The notes under the pieces: model-generated
The model's input: only the letters and a program-made list of their open reading frames with translations
The model's database searches: none
Told to the model about the DNA's origin: nothing
Source: a virus
Lineage: Duplodnaviria > Heunggongvirae > Uroviricota > Caudoviricetes
Length of the DNA stretch: 12,094 nucleotides
Virus record (IMG/VR): IMGVR_UViG_2671180338_000009
Direction: 5' to 3' (one strand)
Position numbers and translations under genes: made by a program
Shown here: piece by piece, positions 8,477-12,094 of the stretch
Layout of the letters: every line of letters starts with the position of its first letter
Numbering within the stretch: the first letter of the stretch is position 1

Positions 8477-8779
8477 ATGAGCAGAAAAACCCAACGTTAC
8501 TCTAAAGAGTTCAAAGCCGAAGCTGTCAGAACGGTTCTTGAAAATCAACTTTCGATCAGTGAAGGCGCTTCCCGATTATCTCTTCCTGAAGGCACTTTAG
8601 GACAATGGGTTACCGCCGCCAGAAAAGGGCTCGGTACTCCTGGTTCCCGCACGGTGGCTGAACTGGAATCTGAAATTCTGCAACTGCGTAAGGCGTTAAA
8701 TGAAGCTCGCCTTGAGCGAGATATATTAAAAAAAGCAACAGCGTATTTTGCACAGGAGTCGCTGAAAAATACGCGTTAA
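8477..8779 (+). CDS. IS3-family transposase OrfA (HTH and leucine-zipper part)
   Basis: 100-aa ORF MSRKTQRYSKEFKAEAVRTV... with the slippery run A_AAA_AAA_G at 8728-8735 near its 3' end. Confidence 0.9.
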   Translation: MSRKTQRYSKEFKAEAVRTVLENQLSISEGASRLSLPEGTLGQWVTAARKGLGTPGSRTVAELESEILQLRKALNEARLERDILKKATAYFAQESLKNTR

Positions 8780-9633
8780 TCGAACAATGGCGACAACAAT
8801 TTCCCATTGAAGCGATGTGTCAGGTATTTGGTGTATCCAGGAGCGGTTATTACAACTGGGTACAGCATGAACCCTCAGACAGAAAACAAAGTGATGAGCG
8901 GCTAAAACTGGAGATTAAGGTGGCACATATCCGCACTCGCGAAACATATGGAACCCGGCGGCTCCAGACGGAGCTGGCAGAGAATGGCATCATCGTTGGT
9001 CGTGACCGACTGGCACGTCTTCGTAAGGAGCTAAGGCTACGCTGTAAGCAGAAACGCAAGTTCAGAGCGACTACGAACTCGAACCACAATCTGCCAGTTG
9101 CGCCAAATCTGCTGAACCAGACGTTCGCTCCTACAGCACCAAATCAGGTCTGGGTGGCGGACCTGACGTATGTTGCCACACAGGAGGGATGGTTGTACCT
9201 CGCTGGCATCAAAGATGTTTATACGTGCGAAATTGTCGGCTACGCCATGGGAGAGCGCATGACAAAAGAGCTGACAGGTAAAGCCCTGTTTATGGCGCTC
9301 AGGAGCCAGCGCCCACCTGCCGGGCTAATCCACCACTCTGATCGAGGTTCACAGTACTGCGCATACGATTACCGGGTCATACAGGAGCAGTCTGGTCTGA
9401 AAACATCAATGTCGCGTAAAGGTAACTGTTACGACAACGCTCCGATGGAAAGCTTCTGGGGAACGCTGAAAAATGAGAGCCTGAGCCACTATCGTTTTAA
9501 TAACCGGGATGAAGCCATCTCAGTAATACGGGAATACATTGAGATTTTCTACAATCGTCAGCGTCGTCACTCTCGTCTGGGGAATATCTCCCCGGCAGCC
9601 TTCAGGGAAAAATATCATCAGATGGCTGCTTAA
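8477..9633 (+). CDS. IS3-family transposase OrfAB (-1 frameshift fusion; OrfB DDE catalytic domain 8815..9633)
   Basis: OrfB is in the -1 frame relative to OrfA, and that frame is open from 8734. DDE-type motifs are present (HSDRGSQY, SMSRKGNCYDNAPMESFWGTLKNE, YNRQRRHSRLG). Confidence 0.9.
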
Positions 9634-9676
9634 AAAAAGAACAAATGGTAGTGTCCGCTATTGCCAGTACACCTCA

Positions 9677-10693
9677 ACGGCAGGCAAGTTTCCGTATTTT
9701 ACGGGGAATGATGTCGCCAGCCTGGCAACCCTGACAAAAGTCGGGCGGGATATTCTTGCGAAATCGACCGTTGCTGCCGTTATCGAATACCTCGGTTTAC
9801 AGGAAACGGTAAACAAGGCTGGTAACGCCGTTCAGCGTTCCGGCGATAAAATGACCGGAGAACTGAAAATTGGCACGGTGAATGCGCTGCGAATTTTCAA
9901 TGATACCTTCGGTCTAATTTTCCGTCGTTCAGAAGATTTTCTTCATTTCATTCCGACGGCTGAAGGACAAGGCGAAAACGGTAATATCGGCCCATTAAGG
10001 CCATTCGCTATAAATCTGAGAACAGGTGCTATATCTGTCAGCCACGGGGCCAAAATTAAAGGAGGTCTAGCTATTGGAGCTACTGATAACGCACTGGGTG
10101 AAAACTCCATTGTTCTGGGAGATAACGACACCGGATTTAGGCAAGATGGAGATGGTATTATTAGCTTCTATTCAAATGGTTCGCGCATCGGACATATTGA
10201 TGAGTTAGGATTACATCTTTATAAAGATATTGAATCTAATGGCAGCAATTTTAGATTAAAAAGTAATTACCGCCACCACATTACATTCGCCAACGAAGAC
10301 GGAAGAATTCGTATGTTTTTGTGGAAAGATAACGGTGGTGATGGTGTTCATATTAATAACGGTTCAGATGGTGGTGGTGATTTCATTTTTAAAACAGATG
10401 GGGGATTTGCGCTGGGAAGTGGTGCGCAAGTTGCGTCTAGTGGCGATATTTATGGTTCAGTGTGGGAAAACAACTGGTTAAGCACATGGCTGCATAATCA
10501 TGTCGTTCGGGATATTCGTCTTGGCAGCATTGAATATAAAAACGTATGGCGCGACTACGGCTTTGGCGATGCGTCAGGTTATGTTTTAACAGCCGCAATT
10601 AACAGCAATGCGGATGATATTGTCGACACTGTTGCCAGAAGGCCAATTCAGAAATTGATTGGGGGAATATGGTACAACGTGGGGAGTGTTTAA
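9677..10693 (+). pseudogene. 5'-truncated tail-fibre gene (P2 gpH / Mu S type): 38 codons of constant region, embedded gix site, variable C-terminal domain
   Basis: The frame is open immediately from the IS right end (TAGKFPYFTGNDVASLATLTKVGRDILAKSTVAAVIEYLGLQETVNKAG...) and ends ...[11 protein letters not shown], like the P2 H C-terminus I recall (…GTWYNVAQV). There is no start codon or promoter of its own; the ORF-track start at 9539 lies inside the IS. Confidence 0.75.
9780..9807. other. gix/pix-like invertase crossover site 2 (inside tail-fibre coding sequence)
   Basis: TTATCGAATACCTCGGTTTACAGGAAAC. Sequence 9790-9813 is identical over 24 bp to 7716-7739 around site 1. It is on the same strand and in the same orientation as site 1 in the present arrangement. 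Confidence 0.65.
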
Positions 10694-10694
10694 G

Positions 10695-11222
10695 ATGATG
10701 CACCTGAAAAATATTAAGGCCGGGAATCCGAAAACACCGGAACAATACCAGCTAACTAAAAAAGCGGGCGTGGTATGGCTCTTTTGCGAAGATGGCAAAA
10801 ACTGGTATGAGGAACAAAAGAATTTTCAGCCAGACACCATAAAAATTGCTTACGATGAGAACAACATCATCGTTGCTGTCAGTAAAGACGTTTCAACTAT
10901 TAATCCTGAAGGGCTAAGCATAGTTGAAGTTCCTGATATTACGGCAAATCGTCACGCAGACAATAACGGAAAATGGATGTTTCTGGATGGTAAAGTAGTA
11001 AAGAGGGAATATACAGAACAGGAACTGCAACAACAGGCCGAATCACAAAAGGCCGCATTGCTTTCCGAAGCTGAATCAGTCATCCAGCCGCTGGAACGCG
11101 CTGTCAGGCTGAATATGGCGACGGACGAGGAACGCACACGACTGGAAGCATGGGAACGCTACAGTGTTCTGGTCAGCCGTGTGGATACGGCAAAGCCAGA
11201 ATGGCCACAAAAGCCTGAGTAA
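10695..11222 (+). CDS. tfa: Tail-fibre assembly chaperone (Tfa / P2 gpG-like), partner of the + strand variable domain
   Basis: Starts [23 protein letters not shown]... at ATG 10695, 1 nt after the tail-fibre stop. Its N-terminal ~45 aa are shared with the convergent paralogue and the C-terminus diverges. Confidence 0.85.
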   Translation: MMHLKNIKAGNPKTPEQYQLTKKAGVVWLFCEDGKNWYEEQKNFQPDTIKIAYDENNIIVAVSKDVSTINPEGLSIVEVPDITANRHADNNGKWMFLDGKVVKREYTEQELQQQAESQKAALLSEAESVIQPLERAVRLNMATDEERTRLEAWERYSVLVSRVDTAKPEWPQKPE

Positions 11223-11227
11223 AAATT

Positions 11228-11247
11228 AAGGCCCGATATCGGGCCTT
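11228..11247. terminator. Perfect 20-bp palindrome; bidirectional terminator between convergent tfa genes
   Basis: AAGGCCCGATATCGGGCCTT lies 5 bp after the tfa stop and 3 bp after the opposite tfa stop, flanked by A-rich and T-rich sequence. Confidence 0.55.
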
Positions 11248-11250
11248 GTT

Positions 11251-11784
11251 TCATTCTGGTTGTTCGGGAAACGTTACTGGCAGGCTGGAGGTGTCTGTGG
11301 ATTCGACCTTCTGCGCATAGAGCATCCACTCGGTTAATTTTTGTTTATTCTCGTCGGAAATAATGCCCAGCCGTAGCTGTGAGTCCCATAGCTGGGTTTT
11401 ATCCCTGACGAGCTGTAGCAGGCTTTGCTTTTCATTTTCCGCTTGTTGCCTCTGCTCTTCCCCGGTATAAGTTCGCTTTATCACTACGCCATCTTTGAAC
11501 ATCCATTTACCTGAAATATCAGCCCGGCGATTTGCTGTAATATCAGGAACCTCAACGACGCTTGCGCCTTCCGGATTAATTGCTGAAACATCCTTTTCAA
11601 TACAAATAATAACGCCGTTGTGGTCATAGACCATTTTCAACGTATCAGGCTGAAAGTTCTTTTGTTCCTCATACCAGTTTTTCCCATCCTCTGTATAAAG
11701 CCATTTGATGTTAAATTGTTTCGTTAGCTGGTATTGCTCTTTTGTTTCAGGATTACCAGCAGAAATGTTTTTTAAGTGCATCAT
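11251..11784 (-). CDS. tfa: Tail-fibre assembly chaperone, alternative copy (Tfa'), partner of the - strand variable domain
   Basis: Starts MMHLKNISAGNPETKEQYQLTKQ... and is convergent with the + strand tfa. Its start lies 2 nt downstream of the stop of the - strand tail-fibre fragment. Confidence 0.85.
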   Translation of the reverse strand: MMHLKNISAGNPETKEQYQLTKQFNIKWLYTEDGKNWYEEQKNFQPDTLKMVYDHNGVIICIEKDVSAINPEGASVVEVPDITANRRADISGKWMFKDGVVIKRTYTGEEQRQQAENEKQSLLQLVRDKTQLWDSQLRLGIISDENKQKLTEWMLYAQKVESTDTSSLPVTFPEQPE

Positions 11785-11786
11785 CG

Positions 11787-12053
11787 TTAAATACTCCCCG
11801 CGTTATACCACGTCCCATTAATGCAATACTGAATTGGCCTTGCCTGAGTTGTATCAATTAGTTCATCTCTGTTTGAGTTAACGGAACCGGTAACAACATA
11901 ACCTGACCTGTCAGACCATCCGGGACCATTCCATGTCTGAACAGATAACAGACCACCAAGGCGAATACCTGTAATAAACCTTGAGTTACATTCTGCCTGC
12001 GTATATGCACCAACATCTCCCGCAGAGGGTTTGCGGGTTGTGGTGTAAAACTC
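11787..12053 (-). pseudogene. 3' portion of the variable tail-fibre C-terminal domain (the other half of 7714..8412)
   Basis: Hand translation of the - strand frame gives EFYTTTRKPSAGDVGAYTQAECNSRFITGIRLGGLLSVQTWNGPGWSDRSGYVVTGSVNSNRDELIDTTQARPIQYCINGTWYNAGSI, then a stop at 11787-11789. The frame is open right up to the IS boundary at 12053 and has no start codon; it is absent from the ORF track for that reason. Confidence 0.7.
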
Positions 12054-12094
12054 TGAGGTGTACTGGCAATAGCGGACACTACCATTTGTTCTTT
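12054..12094 (-). mobile_element. Terminal 41 bp (right-end inverted repeat) of a second, inverted IS600-like copy, cut by the window edge
   Basis: 12054-12094 is the exact reverse complement of 9636-9676, the right end of the complete IS. Identity stops precisely at the IS terminus. Confidence 0.75.

Larger units (their letters stand above)
8413..9676 (+). mobile_element. Complete IS3-family insertion sequence, IS600-like (1264 bp)
   Basis: Ends are TGAGGT... and ...ACCTCA with imperfect terminal inverted repeats. It carries orfA and orfB in the 0/-1 frame arrangement with an A7G slippery run. Length and protein sequences match my recollection of IS600; this was not database-checked. Confidence 0.85.

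Noticed and set aside
9539-10693. 384-aa ORF starting inside the IS and reading through its right end into the tail-fibre gene
   Set aside because: The first 46 codons are an alternate frame of IS orfB and the right terminal repeat. This is a read-through artefact of the insertion junction, not a designed fusion, though IS-driven expression of the truncated tail fibre cannot be strictly excluded.
11858-12085. 75-aa - strand ORF spanning the tail-fibre fragment and the IS end
   Set aside because: Wrong frame relative to the tail-fibre fragment that terminates next to tfa, and it crosses the IS terminal repeat.
1-12094. Hypothesis that the window hides a novel defence, toxin or retroelement system, CRISPR array or RNA gene
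   Set aside because: All ORFs of meaningful length are accounted for by tail, invertase, tail-fibre and IS functions. I saw no reverse transcriptase, nuclease or ATPase candidates, no repeat-spacer arrays and no tRNA-like structures. The novelty here is structural rearrangement rather than a new gene system.

Overview
This window is the tail and tail-fibre end of a P2-like myovirus prophage (a tailocin-like remnant cannot be excluded) from an enterobacterium; the IS600-like element suggests Shigella or E. coli. Left to right: a gpD-like gene (- strand); FI sheath, FII tube, E and E+E' chaperone (-1 frameshift), T tape measure and U (+ strand); a Pin/Gin-family serine invertase (- strand); a gix-like crossover site; the 5' piece of a variable tail-fibre C-terminal domain cut by a complete 1264-bp IS3-family element; a 5'-truncated tail-fibre gene carrying a second gix-like site; two convergent tail-fibre assembly genes around a palindromic terminator; the 3' piece of the split variable domain (- strand); and the first 41 bp of a second, inverted IS copy at the window edge. 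Three layers of rearrangement are visible: a Pin/gix invertible tail-fibre switch, an IS insertion followed by an IS-to-IS inversion that split one tail-fibre domain and left the two gix sites in direct orientation, and an apparent inversion of the FI-U block relative to D and pin. I found no evidence of a novel defence or toxin system: every ORF of meaningful length is accounted for by tail, invertase, tail-fibre or IS functions. All homology statements are from memory of protein families; no database search was run.
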